Positions 38,811-52,234 of a DNA stretch of 64,000 nt are shown in pieces. Each line of letters begins with the position of its first letter. The first letter of the stretch is position 1. The stretch lies in IMG/VR virus record IMGVR_UViG_2687453424_000001; one strand, given 5' to 3'. Both the position numbers and the translations under genes were made by a program. The notes under the pieces were generated by a model. That model did not search any database. It was not told the origin of the DNA and saw only the letters and a list, made by a program, of their open reading frames with translations. This DNA is from a virus. Its lineage: Duplodnaviria; Heunggongvirae; Uroviricota; Caudoviricetes.

Positions 38811-41800
38811 NNNNNNNNNNNNNNNNNNNNNNNNNNNNNNNNNNNNNNNNNNNNNNNNNNNNNNNNNNNNNNNNNNNNNNNNNNNNNNNNNNNNNNNNNN
38901 NNNNNNNNNNNNNNNNNNNNNNNNNNNNNNNNNNNNNNNNNNNNNNNNNNNNNNNNNNNNNNNNNNNNNNNNNNNNNNNNNNNNNNNNNNNNNNNNNNNN
39001 NNNNNNNNNNNNNNNNNNNNNNNNNNNNNNNNNNNNNNNNNNNNNNNNNNNNNNNNNNNNNNNNNNNNNNNNNNNNNNNNNNNNNNNNNNNNNNNNNNNN
39101 NNNNNNNNNNNNNNNNNNNNNNNNNNNNNNNNNNNNNNNNNNNNNNNNNNNNNNNNNNNNNNNNNNNNNNNNNNNNNNNNNNNNNNNNNNNNNNNNNNNN
39201 NNNNNNNNNNNNNNNNNNNNNNNNNNNNNNNNNNNNNNNNNNNNNNNNNNNNNNNNNNNNNNNNNNNNNNNNNNNNNNNNNNNNNNNNNNNNNNNNNNNN
39301 NNNNNNNNNNNNNNNNNNNNNNNNNNNNNNNNNNNNNNNNNNNNNNNNNNNNNNNNNNNNNNNNNNNNNNNNNNNNNNNNNNNNNNNNNNNNNNNNNNNN
39401 NNNNNNNNNNNNNNNNNNNNNNNNNNNNNNNNNNNNNNNNNNNNNNNNNNNNNNNNNNNNNNNNNNNNNNNNNNNNNNNNNNNNNNNNNNNNNNNNNNNN
39501 NNNNNNNNNNNNNNNNNNNNNNNNNNNNNNNNNNNNNNNNNNNNNNNNNNNNNNNNNNNNNNNNNNNNNNNNNNNNNNNNNNNNNNNNNNNNNNNNNNNN
39601 NNNNNNNNNNNNNNNNNNNNNNNNNNNNNNNNNNNNNNNNNNNNNNNNNNNNNNNNNNNNNNNNNNNNNNNNNNNNNNNNNNNNNNNNNNNNNNNNNNNN
39701 NNNNNNNNNNNNNNNNNNNNNNNNNNNNNNNNNNNNNNNNNNNNNNNNNNNNNNNNNNNNNNNNNNNNNNNNNNNNNNNNNNNNNNNNNNNNNNNNNNNN
39801 NNNNNNNNNNNNNNNNNNNNNNNNNNNNNNNNNNNNNNNNNNNNNNNNNNNNNNNNNNNNNNNNNNNNNNNNNNNNNNNNNNNNNNNNNNNNNNNNNNNN
39901 NNNNNNNNNNNNNNNNNNNNNNNNNNNNNNNNNNNNNNNNNNNNNNNNNNNNNNNNNNNNNNNNNNNNNNNNNNNNNNNNNNNNNNNNNNNNNNNNNNNN
40001 NNNNNNNNNNNNNNNNNNNNNNNNNNNNNNNNNNNNNNNNNNNNNNNNNNNNNNNNNNNNNNNNNNNNNNNNNNNNNNNNNNNNNNNNNNNNNNNNNNNN
40101 NNNNNNNNNNNNNNNNNNNNNNNNNNNNNNNNNNNNNNNNNNNNNNNNNNNNNNNNNNNNNNNNNNNNNNNNNNNNNNNNNNNNNNNNNNNNNNNNNNNN
40201 NNNNNNNNNNNNNNNNNNNNNNNNNNNNNNNNNNNNNNNNNNNNNNNNNNNNNNNNNNNNNNNNNNNNNNNNNNNNNNNNNNNNNNNNNNNNNNNNNNNN
40301 NNNNNNNNNNNNNNNNNNNNNNNNNNNNNNNNNNNNNNNNNNNNNNNNNNNNNNNNNNNNNNNNNNNNNNNNNNNNNNNNNNNNNNNNNNNNNNNNNNNN
40401 NNNNNNNNNNNNNNNNNNNNNNNNNNNNNNNNNNNNNNNNNNNNNNNNNNNNNNNNNNNNNNNNNNNNNNNNNNNNNNNNNNNNNNNNNNNNNNNNNNNN
40501 NNNNNNNNNNNNNNNNNNNNNNNNNNNNNNNNNNNNNNNNNNNNNNNNNNNNNNNNNNNNNNNNNNNNNNNNNNNNNNNNNNNNNNNNNNNNNNNNNNNN
40601 NNNNNNNNNNNNNNNNNNNNNNNNNNNNNNNNNNNNNNNNNNNNNNNNNNNNNNNNNNNNNNNNNNNNNNNNNNNNNNNNNNNNNNNNNNNNNNNNNNNN
40701 NNNNNNNNNNNNNNNNNNNNNNNNNNNNNNNNNNNNNNNNNNNNNNNNNNNNNNNNNNNNNNNNNNNNNNNNNNNNNNNNNNNNNNNNNNNNNNNNNNNN
40801 NNNNNNNNNNNNNNNNNNNNNNNNNNNNNNNNNNNNNNNNNNNNNNNNNNNNNNNNNNNNNNNNNNNNNNNNNNNNNNNNNNNNNNNNNNNNNNNNNNNN
40901 NNNNNNNNNNNNNNNNNNNNNNNNNNNNNNNNNNNNNNNNNNNNNNNNNNNNNNNNNNNNNNNNNNNNNNNNNNNNNNNNNNNNNNNNNNNNNNNNNNNN
41001 NNNNNNNNNNNNNNNNNNNNNNNNNNNNNNNNNNNNNNNNNNNNNNNNNNNNNNNNNNNNNNNNNNNNNNNNNNNNNNNNNNNNNNNNNNNNNNNNNNNN
41101 NNNNNNNNNNNNNNNNNNNNNNNNNNNNNNNNNNNNNNNNNNNNNNNNNNNNNNNNNNNNNNNNNNNNNNNNNNNNNNNNNNNNNNNNNNNNNNNNNNNN
41201 NNNNNNNNNNNNNNNNNNNNNNNNNNNNNNNNNNNNNNNNNNNNNNNNNNNNNNNNNNNNNNNNNNNNNNNNNNNNNNNNNNNNNNNNNNNNNNNNNNNN
41301 NNNNNNNNNNNNNNNNNNNNNNNNNNNNNNNNNNNNNNNNNNNNNNNNNNNNNNNNNNNNNNNNNNNNNNNNNNNNNNNNNNNNNNNNNNNNNNNNNNNN
41401 NNNNNNNNNNNNNNNNNNNNNNNNNNNNNNNNNNNNNNNNNNNNNNNNNNNNNNNNNNNNNNNNNNNNNNNNNNNNNNNNNNNNNNNNNNNNNNNNNNNN
41501 NNNNNNNNNNNNNNNNNNNNNNNNNNNNNNNNNNNNNNNNNNNNNNNNNNNNNNNNNNNNNNNNNNNNNNNNNNNNNNNNNNNNNNNNNNNNNNNNNNNN
41601 NNNNNNNNNNNNNNNNNNNNNNNNNNNNNNNNNNNNNNNNNNNNNNNNNNNNNNNNNNNNNNNNNNNNNNNNNNNNNNNNNNNNNNNNNNNNNNNNNNNN
41701 NNNNNNNNNNNNNNNNNNNNNNNNNNNNNNNNNNNNNNNNNNNNNNNNNNNNNNNNNNNNNNNNNNNNNNNNNNNNNNNNNNNNNNNNNNNNNNNNNNNN

Positions 41801-43161
41801 NNNNNNNNNNNNNNNNNNNNNNNNNNNNNNNNNNNNNNNNNNNNNNNNNNNNNNNNNNNNNNNNNNNNNNNNNNNNNNNNNNNNNNNNNNNNNNNNNNNN
41901 NNNNNNNNNNNNNNNNNNNNNNNNNNNNNNNNNNNNNNNNNNNNNNNNNNNNNNNNNNNNNNNNNNNNNNNNNNNNNNNNNNNNNNNNNNNNNNNNNNNN
42001 NNNNNNNNNNNNNNNNNNNNNNNNNNNNNNNNNNNNNNNNNNNNNNNNNNNNNNNNNNNNNNNNNNNNNNNNNNNNNNNNNNNNNNNNNNNNNNNNNNNN
42101 NNNNNNNNNNNNNNNNNNNNNNNNNNNNNNNNNNNNNNNNNNNNNNNNNNNNNNNNNNNNNNNNNNNNNNNNNNNNNNNNNNNNNNNNNNNNNNNNNNNN
42201 NNNNNNNNNNNNNNNNNNNNNNNNNNNNNNNNNNNNNNNNNNNNNNNNNNNNNNNNNNNNNNNNNNNNNNNNNNNNNNNNNNNNNNNNNNNNNNNNNNNN
42301 NNNNNNNNNNNNNNNNNNNNNNNNNNNNNNNNNNNNNNNNNNNNNNNNNNNNNNNNNNNNNNNNNNNNNNNNNNNNNNNNNNNNNNNNNNNNNNNNNNNN
42401 NNNNNNNNNNNNNNNNNNNNNNNNNNNNNNNNNNNNNNNNNNNNNNNNNNNNNNNNNNNNNNNNNNNNNNNNNNNNNNNNNNNNNNNNNNNNNNNNNNNN
42501 NNNNNNNNNNNNNNNNNNNNNNNNNNNNNNNNNNNNNNNNNNNNNNNNNNNNNNNNNNNNNNNNNNNNNNNNNNNNNNNNNNNNNNNNNNNNNNNNNNNN
42601 NNNNNNNNNNNNNNNNNNNNNNNNNNNNNNNNNNNNNNNNNNNNNNNNNNNNNNNNNNNNNNNNNNNNNNNNNNNNNNNNNNNNNNNNNNNNNNNNNNNN
42701 NNNNNNNNNNNNNNNNNNNNNNNNNNNNNNNNNNNNNNNNNNNNNNNNNNNNNNNNNNNNNNNNNNNNNNNNNNNNNNNNNNNNNNNNNNNNNNNNNNNN
42801 NNNNNNNNNNNNNNNNNNNNNNNNNNNNNNNNNNNNNNNNNNNNNNNNNNNNNNNNNNNNNNNNNNNNNNNNNNNNNNNNNNNNNNNNNNNNNNNNNNNN
42901 NNNNNNNNNNNNNNNNNNNNNNNNNNNNNNNNNNNNNNNNNNNNNNNNNNNNNNNNNNNNNNNNNNNNNNNNNNNNNNNNNNNNNNNNNNNNNNNNNNNN
43001 NNNNNNNNNNNNNNNNNNNNNNNNNNNNNNNNNNNNNNNNNNNNNNNNNNNNNNNNNNNNNNNNNNNNNNNNNNNNNNNNNNNNNNNNNNNNNNNNNNNN
43101 NNNNNNNNNNNNNNNNNNNNNNNNNNNNNNNNNNNNNNNNNNNNNNNNNNNNNNNNNNNNN
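38811..43161. other. N-run, 4351 nt, between the resD 5' part and the cat promoter
   Basis: Uninterrupted n characters. Confidence 1.
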
Positions 43162-43275
43162 AAATGAGACGTTGATCGGCACGTAAGAGGTTCCAACTTT
43201 CACCATAATGAAATAAGATCACTACCGGGCGTATTTTTTGAGTTATCGAGATTTTCAGGAGCTAAGGAAGCTAAA
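43162..43275 (+). promoter_or_regulatory. Tn9 cat promoter and RBS region
   Basis: Sequence immediately upstream of cat (...ttttgagttatcgagattttcaggagctaaggaagctaaaATG) is the standard cat cassette leader. Confidence 0.8.
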
Positions 43276-43935
43276 ATGGAGAAAAAAATCACTGGATATA
43301 CCACCGTTGATATATCCCAATGGCATCGTAAAGAACATTTTGAGGCATTTCAGTCAGTTGCTCAATGTACCTATAACCAGACCGTTCAGCTGGATATTAC
43401 GGCCTTTTTAAAGACCGTAAAGAAAAATAAGCACAAGTTTTATCCGGCCTTTATTCACATTCTTGCCCGCCTGATGAATGCTCATCCGGAATTTCGTATG
43501 GCAATGAAAGACGGTGAGCTGGTGATATGGGATAGTGTTCACCCTTGTTACACCGTTTTCCATGAGCAAACTGAAACGTTTTCATCGCTCTGGAGTGAAT
43601 ACCACGACGATTTCCGGCAGTTTCTACACATATATTCGCAAGATGTGGCGTGTTACGGTGAAAACCTGGCCTATTTCCCTAAAGGGTTTATTGAGAATAT
43701 GTTTTTCGTCTCAGCCAATCCCTGGGTGAGTTTCACCAGTTTTGATTTAAACGTGGCCAATATGGACAACTTCTTCGCCCCCGTTTTCACCATGGGCAAA
43801 TATTATACGCAAGGCGACAAGGTGCTGATGCCGCTGGCGATTCAGGTTCATCATGCCGTTTGTGATGGCTTCCATGTCGGCAGAATGCTTAATGAATTAC
43901 AACAGTACTGCGATGAGTGGCAGGGCGGGGCGTAA
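43276..43935 (+). CDS. cat: Chloramphenicol acetyltransferase (Tn9 type I CAT), 219 aa
   Basis: Full-length [76 protein letters not shown]...[28 protein letters not shown]. Confidence 0.97.
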
Positions 43936-43947
43936 TTTTTTTAAGGC

Positions 43948-44202
43948 CATAGGCAAGGTGAGTTTACACGCGCCATTGTATATCGCGTTCCTACACGCCT
44001 GCCGGTTGGCGACATCAGCCGGCAACATGAGAATGGAAATGGCGGCGATGGAGAGCCCGAAAACGACGACGAATTTGGGGAAATACGCTTGGTTAGCGTC
44101 GTCCGGGTGCTGGTAATTGACGAGGAGGTAGACATTGAAGAGGAACACTAGGACGCATACGATTATGGCGACGATTACCAGAGCGAGGTTGAAATCGCCC
44201 AT
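43948..44202 (-). CDS. Plant LMBR1-like membrane protein, first coding exon, truncated by the vector junction
   Basis: Minus-strand translation from ATG at 44202..44200 reads MGDFNLALVIVAIIVCVLVFLFNVYLLVNYQHPDDANQAYFPKFVVVFGLSIAAISILMLPADVANRQACRNAIYNGACKLTLPM, which I recall as the conserved N-terminus of plant LMBR1-like proteins. Similarity stops where cat-downstream vector sequence begins (~43946). Confidence 0.6.
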
Positions 44203-45378
44203 CGTTAAAAGCCCTCGACTCGATTCGAATCGAATCGATAGCGGTAGATTCAACAGGAGATTTGAGAAATTAGGGTTTGCTTTTAACCCTTCGAATTTTA
44301 ATTCGAAGAATTTCGTAGATCTGAGCTTTCCTCTGTGTGTGTGTGTTTTTTTGAAAGGGAAAGGGGGGAGGTTGGGCTCCGGTGAGGTGGTTTGTTGAAT
44401 TTTGGGGTTAATTTTGACGTGTTGGAATTAAATGACGTTATTATCCTTGTGAATTGGTTAAATGACGGGTTGAAAATAGCGAGGAAGAGAGTTGCAGATG
44501 GGGTTGAATGTAACATCACCTTATATTCCCGTGACAAGCATCGAACCAGCCTGTCCAAGGCAAGAAGTTGTTTTTTAAAAAAAAAATTTACATGTAAGAA
44601 ATAACGCTATTTGAACTTTTAGACCGCTTTCTTTATCTTTTATTCCCGTAGAGAAATTCTCTCAATTTTGTTCTTTTTTTTTCCTCAAATCTTTTATTGT
44701 TCTTAATTATACCCTTCAATTGATATAAAAAAATAATTAGTAATTCTTTTTAGGTACGTAAGATTGAGATACTATTATGAATGAAAATTCTAGCTCAAGC
44801 TCCTCACATTTTATTAACGAACTCTTAAATTTTAATTTAAAACTAAACAAGTTTTTAATTTTAACAAAGATTTAACTGTCATTAGATTCGATGTTAATTG
44901 ACTTTTTTACTCACATGATATATTACTTGACGAATTAACATGATAATGTGATTGTTGACGTGGCTAAAAAAATATAATGAGTTTGGTCACATTAGTTGCG
45001 CGTGACCTCACCAATTCACTAAATCATATATCATGTGGACAGGAAAAATAATTAATATTGACTCTAATATTGATTAAATTTTTATTAAAATTAAAAGCTT
45101 GTTCGATTTTAAATCAAAATTTAAGAGTTTGTTTGAATGCAATAATTAAATAAATGATGATAGTACGTAAAATGTTTTTAGGATTGAAGCCATAATTTTA
45201 AGACAATATAAGCAACAAGTGTCTTATTTACTCATGTTCTCACCTAAAGACTTTTTTATGTTGTTACTTAGTGCATGTTTGGTTTAACTTTTTTTCAGTT
45301 TATCTATTTATTGAAAGTAAAAGTTAGGCCAAATATAATATTTTGAAAAACTCTTAAAAAAAAGTAACTTTTTTTAAG

Positions 45379-48300
45379 NNNNNNNNNNNNNNNNNNNNNN
45401 NNNNNNNNNNNNNNNNNNNNNNNNNNNNNNNNNNNNNNNNNNNNNNNNNNNNNNNNNNNNNNNNNNNNNNNNNNNNNNNNNNNNNNNNNNNNNNNNNNNN
45501 NNNNNNNNNNNNNNNNNNNNNNNNNNNNNNNNNNNNNNNNNNNNNNNNNNNNNNNNNNNNNNNNNNNNNNNNNNNNNNNNNNNNNNNNNNNNNNNNNNNN
45601 NNNNNNNNNNNNNNNNNNNNNNNNNNNNNNNNNNNNNNNNNNNNNNNNNNNNNNNNNNNNNNNNNNNNNNNNNNNNNNNNNNNNNNNNNNNNNNNNNNNN
45701 NNNNNNNNNNNNNNNNNNNNNNNNNNNNNNNNNNNNNNNNNNNNNNNNNNNNNNNNNNNNNNNNNNNNNNNNNNNNNNNNNNNNNNNNNNNNNNNNNNNN
45801 NNNNNNNNNNNNNNNNNNNNNNNNNNNNNNNNNNNNNNNNNNNNNNNNNNNNNNNNNNNNNNNNNNNNNNNNNNNNNNNNNNNNNNNNNNNNNNNNNNNN
45901 NNNNNNNNNNNNNNNNNNNNNNNNNNNNNNNNNNNNNNNNNNNNNNNNNNNNNNNNNNNNNNNNNNNNNNNNNNNNNNNNNNNNNNNNNNNNNNNNNNNN
46001 NNNNNNNNNNNNNNNNNNNNNNNNNNNNNNNNNNNNNNNNNNNNNNNNNNNNNNNNNNNNNNNNNNNNNNNNNNNNNNNNNNNNNNNNNNNNNNNNNNNN
46101 NNNNNNNNNNNNNNNNNNNNNNNNNNNNNNNNNNNNNNNNNNNNNNNNNNNNNNNNNNNNNNNNNNNNNNNNNNNNNNNNNNNNNNNNNNNNNNNNNNNN
46201 NNNNNNNNNNNNNNNNNNNNNNNNNNNNNNNNNNNNNNNNNNNNNNNNNNNNNNNNNNNNNNNNNNNNNNNNNNNNNNNNNNNNNNNNNNNNNNNNNNNN
46301 NNNNNNNNNNNNNNNNNNNNNNNNNNNNNNNNNNNNNNNNNNNNNNNNNNNNNNNNNNNNNNNNNNNNNNNNNNNNNNNNNNNNNNNNNNNNNNNNNNNN
46401 NNNNNNNNNNNNNNNNNNNNNNNNNNNNNNNNNNNNNNNNNNNNNNNNNNNNNNNNNNNNNNNNNNNNNNNNNNNNNNNNNNNNNNNNNNNNNNNNNNNN
46501 NNNNNNNNNNNNNNNNNNNNNNNNNNNNNNNNNNNNNNNNNNNNNNNNNNNNNNNNNNNNNNNNNNNNNNNNNNNNNNNNNNNNNNNNNNNNNNNNNNNN
46601 NNNNNNNNNNNNNNNNNNNNNNNNNNNNNNNNNNNNNNNNNNNNNNNNNNNNNNNNNNNNNNNNNNNNNNNNNNNNNNNNNNNNNNNNNNNNNNNNNNNN
46701 NNNNNNNNNNNNNNNNNNNNNNNNNNNNNNNNNNNNNNNNNNNNNNNNNNNNNNNNNNNNNNNNNNNNNNNNNNNNNNNNNNNNNNNNNNNNNNNNNNNN
46801 NNNNNNNNNNNNNNNNNNNNNNNNNNNNNNNNNNNNNNNNNNNNNNNNNNNNNNNNNNNNNNNNNNNNNNNNNNNNNNNNNNNNNNNNNNNNNNNNNNNN
46901 NNNNNNNNNNNNNNNNNNNNNNNNNNNNNNNNNNNNNNNNNNNNNNNNNNNNNNNNNNNNNNNNNNNNNNNNNNNNNNNNNNNNNNNNNNNNNNNNNNNN
47001 NNNNNNNNNNNNNNNNNNNNNNNNNNNNNNNNNNNNNNNNNNNNNNNNNNNNNNNNNNNNNNNNNNNNNNNNNNNNNNNNNNNNNNNNNNNNNNNNNNNN
47101 NNNNNNNNNNNNNNNNNNNNNNNNNNNNNNNNNNNNNNNNNNNNNNNNNNNNNNNNNNNNNNNNNNNNNNNNNNNNNNNNNNNNNNNNNNNNNNNNNNNN
47201 NNNNNNNNNNNNNNNNNNNNNNNNNNNNNNNNNNNNNNNNNNNNNNNNNNNNNNNNNNNNNNNNNNNNNNNNNNNNNNNNNNNNNNNNNNNNNNNNNNNN
47301 NNNNNNNNNNNNNNNNNNNNNNNNNNNNNNNNNNNNNNNNNNNNNNNNNNNNNNNNNNNNNNNNNNNNNNNNNNNNNNNNNNNNNNNNNNNNNNNNNNNN
47401 NNNNNNNNNNNNNNNNNNNNNNNNNNNNNNNNNNNNNNNNNNNNNNNNNNNNNNNNNNNNNNNNNNNNNNNNNNNNNNNNNNNNNNNNNNNNNNNNNNNN
47501 NNNNNNNNNNNNNNNNNNNNNNNNNNNNNNNNNNNNNNNNNNNNNNNNNNNNNNNNNNNNNNNNNNNNNNNNNNNNNNNNNNNNNNNNNNNNNNNNNNNN
47601 NNNNNNNNNNNNNNNNNNNNNNNNNNNNNNNNNNNNNNNNNNNNNNNNNNNNNNNNNNNNNNNNNNNNNNNNNNNNNNNNNNNNNNNNNNNNNNNNNNNN
47701 NNNNNNNNNNNNNNNNNNNNNNNNNNNNNNNNNNNNNNNNNNNNNNNNNNNNNNNNNNNNNNNNNNNNNNNNNNNNNNNNNNNNNNNNNNNNNNNNNNNN
47801 NNNNNNNNNNNNNNNNNNNNNNNNNNNNNNNNNNNNNNNNNNNNNNNNNNNNNNNNNNNNNNNNNNNNNNNNNNNNNNNNNNNNNNNNNNNNNNNNNNNN
47901 NNNNNNNNNNNNNNNNNNNNNNNNNNNNNNNNNNNNNNNNNNNNNNNNNNNNNNNNNNNNNNNNNNNNNNNNNNNNNNNNNNNNNNNNNNNNNNNNNNNN
48001 NNNNNNNNNNNNNNNNNNNNNNNNNNNNNNNNNNNNNNNNNNNNNNNNNNNNNNNNNNNNNNNNNNNNNNNNNNNNNNNNNNNNNNNNNNNNNNNNNNNN
48101 NNNNNNNNNNNNNNNNNNNNNNNNNNNNNNNNNNNNNNNNNNNNNNNNNNNNNNNNNNNNNNNNNNNNNNNNNNNNNNNNNNNNNNNNNNNNNNNNNNNN
48201 NNNNNNNNNNNNNNNNNNNNNNNNNNNNNNNNNNNNNNNNNNNNNNNNNNNNNNNNNNNNNNNNNNNNNNNNNNNNNNNNNNNNNNNNNNNNNNNNNNNN

Positions 48301-49520
48301 NNNNNNNNNNNNNNNNNNNNNNNNNNNNNNNNNNNNNNNNNNNNNNNNNNNNNNNNNNNNNNNNNNNNNNNNNNNNNNNNNNNNNNNNNNNNNNNNNNNN
48401 NNNNNNNNNNNNNNNNNNNNNNNNNNNNNNNNNNNNNNNNNNNNNNNNNNNNNNNNNNNNNNNNNNNNNNNNNNNNNNNNNNNNNNNNNNNNNNNNNNNN
48501 NNNNNNNNNNNNNNNNNNNNNNNNNNNNNNNNNNNNNNNNNNNNNNNNNNNNNNNNNNNNNNNNNNNNNNNNNNNNNNNNNNNNNNNNNNNNNNNNNNNN
48601 NNNNNNNNNNNNNNNNNNNNNNNNNNNNNNNNNNNNNNNNNNNNNNNNNNNNNNNNNNNNNNNNNNNNNNNNNNNNNNNNNNNNNNNNNNNNNNNNNNNN
48701 NNNNNNNNNNNNNNNNNNNNNNNNNNNNNNNNNNNNNNNNNNNNNNNNNNNNNNNNNNNNNNNNNNNNNNNNNNNNNNNNNNNNNNNNNNNNNNNNNNNN
48801 NNNNNNNNNNNNNNNNNNNNNNNNNNNNNNNNNNNNNNNNNNNNNNNNNNNNNNNNNNNNNNNNNNNNNNNNNNNNNNNNNNNNNNNNNNNNNNNNNNNN
48901 NNNNNNNNNNNNNNNNNNNNNNNNNNNNNNNNNNNNNNNNNNNNNNNNNNNNNNNNNNNNNNNNNNNNNNNNNNNNNNNNNNNNNNNNNNNNNNNNNNNN
49001 NNNNNNNNNNNNNNNNNNNNNNNNNNNNNNNNNNNNNNNNNNNNNNNNNNNNNNNNNNNNNNNNNNNNNNNNNNNNNNNNNNNNNNNNNNNNNNNNNNNN
49101 NNNNNNNNNNNNNNNNNNNNNNNNNNNNNNNNNNNNNNNNNNNNNNNNNNNNNNNNNNNNNNNNNNNNNNNNNNNNNNNNNNNNNNNNNNNNNNNNNNNN
49201 NNNNNNNNNNNNNNNNNNNNNNNNNNNNNNNNNNNNNNNNNNNNNNNNNNNNNNNNNNNNNNNNNNNNNNNNNNNNNNNNNNNNNNNNNNNNNNNNNNNN
49301 NNNNNNNNNNNNNNNNNNNNNNNNNNNNNNNNNNNNNNNNNNNNNNNNNNNNNNNNNNNNNNNNNNNNNNNNNNNNNNNNNNNNNNNNNNNNNNNNNNNN
49401 NNNNNNNNNNNNNNNNNNNNNNNNNNNNNNNNNNNNNNNNNNNNNNNNNNNNNNNNNNNNNNNNNNNNNNNNNNNNNNNNNNNNNNNNNNNNNNNNNNNN
49501 NNNNNNNNNNNNNNNNNNNN
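45379..49520. other. N-run, 4142 nt
   Basis: Uninterrupted n characters. Confidence 1.
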
Positions 49521-52234
49521 CTTCTGTTATTTTAAAAATACAATTAAATTTTTATTTTTATTTCAAAAATATCTTCAATTGTTAAAAATAATTACAATAT
49601 TATTTTTTTTAAAAAATACTTTCTATGATAATTTTAACAAAAATTATAATTTATAAAAAAGAACTTATAAAAAAAATTTACCAAACAACTTTAACTTAAT
49701 TTTAAAAATTATTACTTTTCATAAAAACTTCATAATAGCTTTTATGTTAGAAAAAAGTCAAGTCAAACAAGCTCTTAATTTAATCTTAACAATGGCTTTG
49801 CCTCTATTTGAGCATTAACCACACGTAATGTCATCAAGGGAGAAGAAGTAGTTGCCATTTTGGGCTAGTCATGAATTGAGAAGAGAAGCGTAGCATGAAG
49901 AGTACCTAGCATTGATTGCATTATCAAGCTTATATCTTCATCAGAAACTAAACCCAAATGGCAGAGCAAAACATCAAAATGGGAAGCTTTTTTCCTCATT
50001 TTTTGAATTTCTAGCGCAACCCTTTTCAGAGAACTACTTAGTCATCCTGATATCACCTCCATTTCACCTGTATTTTGTCAGTTCCTTTCATGGCGATGGC
50101 TACAACTTTTTGCACTGCTTCTGTAATGATTCCGAGTAAATAATTATTTGTTGATTATGTACCTTGCTGGTGGTTGGTTTATGTATGATGGAAATCTTAA
50201 TCTTTTCAATTTTCCTGGGAATTTCAGACTGTGACTGTGACCACCATTTCTTTTGATTCTTAATCTATGCCTCATTTGTCAAGAGAAAGAGTTTTCATGC
50301 ATCAGTTGGACCCAGAGTCCTGGATTTAACTTTTAACAGGAACACGTGAAATGATTATATCTTGTCAAATATTTAGACAAAAAGTTATCTCAATTTTGGG
50401 TACAAACTCCTTTCCCTGTATCCTGGAGGACTAGTGGGTAGAGGAGAGAAAGACAGCTGCTTGGTTTTTTTTTTTTTCTTACAATTTCCCCTGTTTTTTC
50501 GTACACGATGCCGCCACAGAGCCTGTACCGAGCTGACAACAACTTTCCATCTACTTCTTGATGAATGACTCTTTTATTCGTTCAATCTTTGCCTTGAATT
50601 GCTTTGCCGGATCTCCCATTCAAATTCTGGGATTGAAACCTGGCAGCAATTCTTTCCTGCCATTACTCTTTGTAGAATAACTCTCCCCGGTAATACCCTG
50701 AATCCATTATTTACTATCCTGGAAGATTGGCTCTATCTGGCAATAGTTTTCTCAAGTTCCAGATTTTCAACTTTCGTTTCTTTCTTTAGCGTTGATCTGA
50801 CAACGTTTCTGTCACTGTCATTCATTCCGATGATGGAGATGGGGAAAAGGGTTAACACCAGATTCAAAATGCAAACATCTAAGACTACGAAATTAATCAA
50901 ACAAGGATTCATTTAGCAGGAACTGGGAAGAACATTAAATGCTGTCTTCAACTTGTAAATTTATACATTGATAAATGAAATCCAAGCAAGTTTTTCACAT
51001 GGATTATGCAGATTGTATATCAGAGAAACTCTTTTCGAGACAGGGCATGTGAAAATCTAGCTGGAAAGCCAAGGGAAAAGCTTTAAAGCTTGATGAATTT
51101 CATCCGGATCTTGTACCACCCTCCCTTGCATAATCCGATAGCCTTCCATCCTTGTCTGAATAAAGATCTGATATCATTACGTTTTACTACCTTCATTTGA
51201 TTATGTCCATCTGCCATTTCCAAACTTGCAAATGAATGTACTCTTCCCTATGATCTTACCCTTTTTCCATTGATGGTGCTTCATCTTTATACTAATAGTT
51301 GATGGCGCTGCTACCAGTCTCCTTTACCCAAGCAACAGATTCAGTTCATTGGCTTCGATTGTTGCTTGCGCCAGTTCTTTGTTAGAGGCTCTAATGAAAT
51401 CCCAACTATTTTAGTTTTATCCGTGCTACTTCTACCGGCGGTTGGACAGTTTTTTCTATGGTCGGAAATTCGCCGGATTAATGCCGCTAATGTATTGATT
51501 AAACCGTATTTAGTTTTCTAACATATGATATTAATTATATGATAACACTCTTTTATCTCATAAATCTCAATTTATCCGTTTTAAACCTTAAATTCCAGAC
51601 TTCTAAAGGTTAGGAATAAAATATCTTTTTGAAAATTATTCGACAACATGACTGTTTTTTAAATATTATTTAAGAACAATTCAATAATTAAGAATAACAA
51701 TAAATACGATAATTATGATTATATTTTTTTATGAAAACAGCATCGATTATTCTTAATTAATATTAATTTTATATGTCATATAAGATTATATAATATCACT
51801 CTTTTATCTCAAAATTTCGGTTCACCCACCTTAAAATTTAAATTCGAAACTTTTAAAAATAGAATTGGGTTTGGAAATTGTTCAAGAGTAATAATCAGTG
51901 ACAGAAACAAATGCCGACAATTATATCTTCCACCAAACCAACGGCGACTATTCAATTCTACCTAACCAAATTTTCGTTTTGACTTTCAACCATCCAATAA
52001 CCTCATGCCACGTCAGAAAGCAACCCCGCATGTAACTACCTTAGCAGATATTAACCGTCACCTCTTCCCGGCTTACTCCAACTACCAGTCGTAGCAAGAA
52101 GAAGAAGACTGATCGGTGAGCTTCCAGTTAACTCCGATTCTTCCACTCTCCTTCATGGACTCTGCTCCCCCAATTCTCCAAACTTCCATTTCTTTAATCC
52201 CTAGCGTCAGGGTTTCCTTCTCGATTTCTCAAAT

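Noticed and set aside
43897-44253. 118-aa minus-strand ORF taken at face value as a complete small protein
   Set aside because: Its first 17 codons precede the conserved Met of the LMBR1-like protein and its last ~17 codons read through the vector junction into cat-downstream sequence; only 43948..44202 is plausibly coding, and it is a truncated exon.
44470-44570. Possible tRNA-like element (ggttcga-type motif on the minus strand)
   Set aside because: No acceptor-stem pairing or canonical T-loop (GGTTCGAATCC) could be built by eye; not supported.
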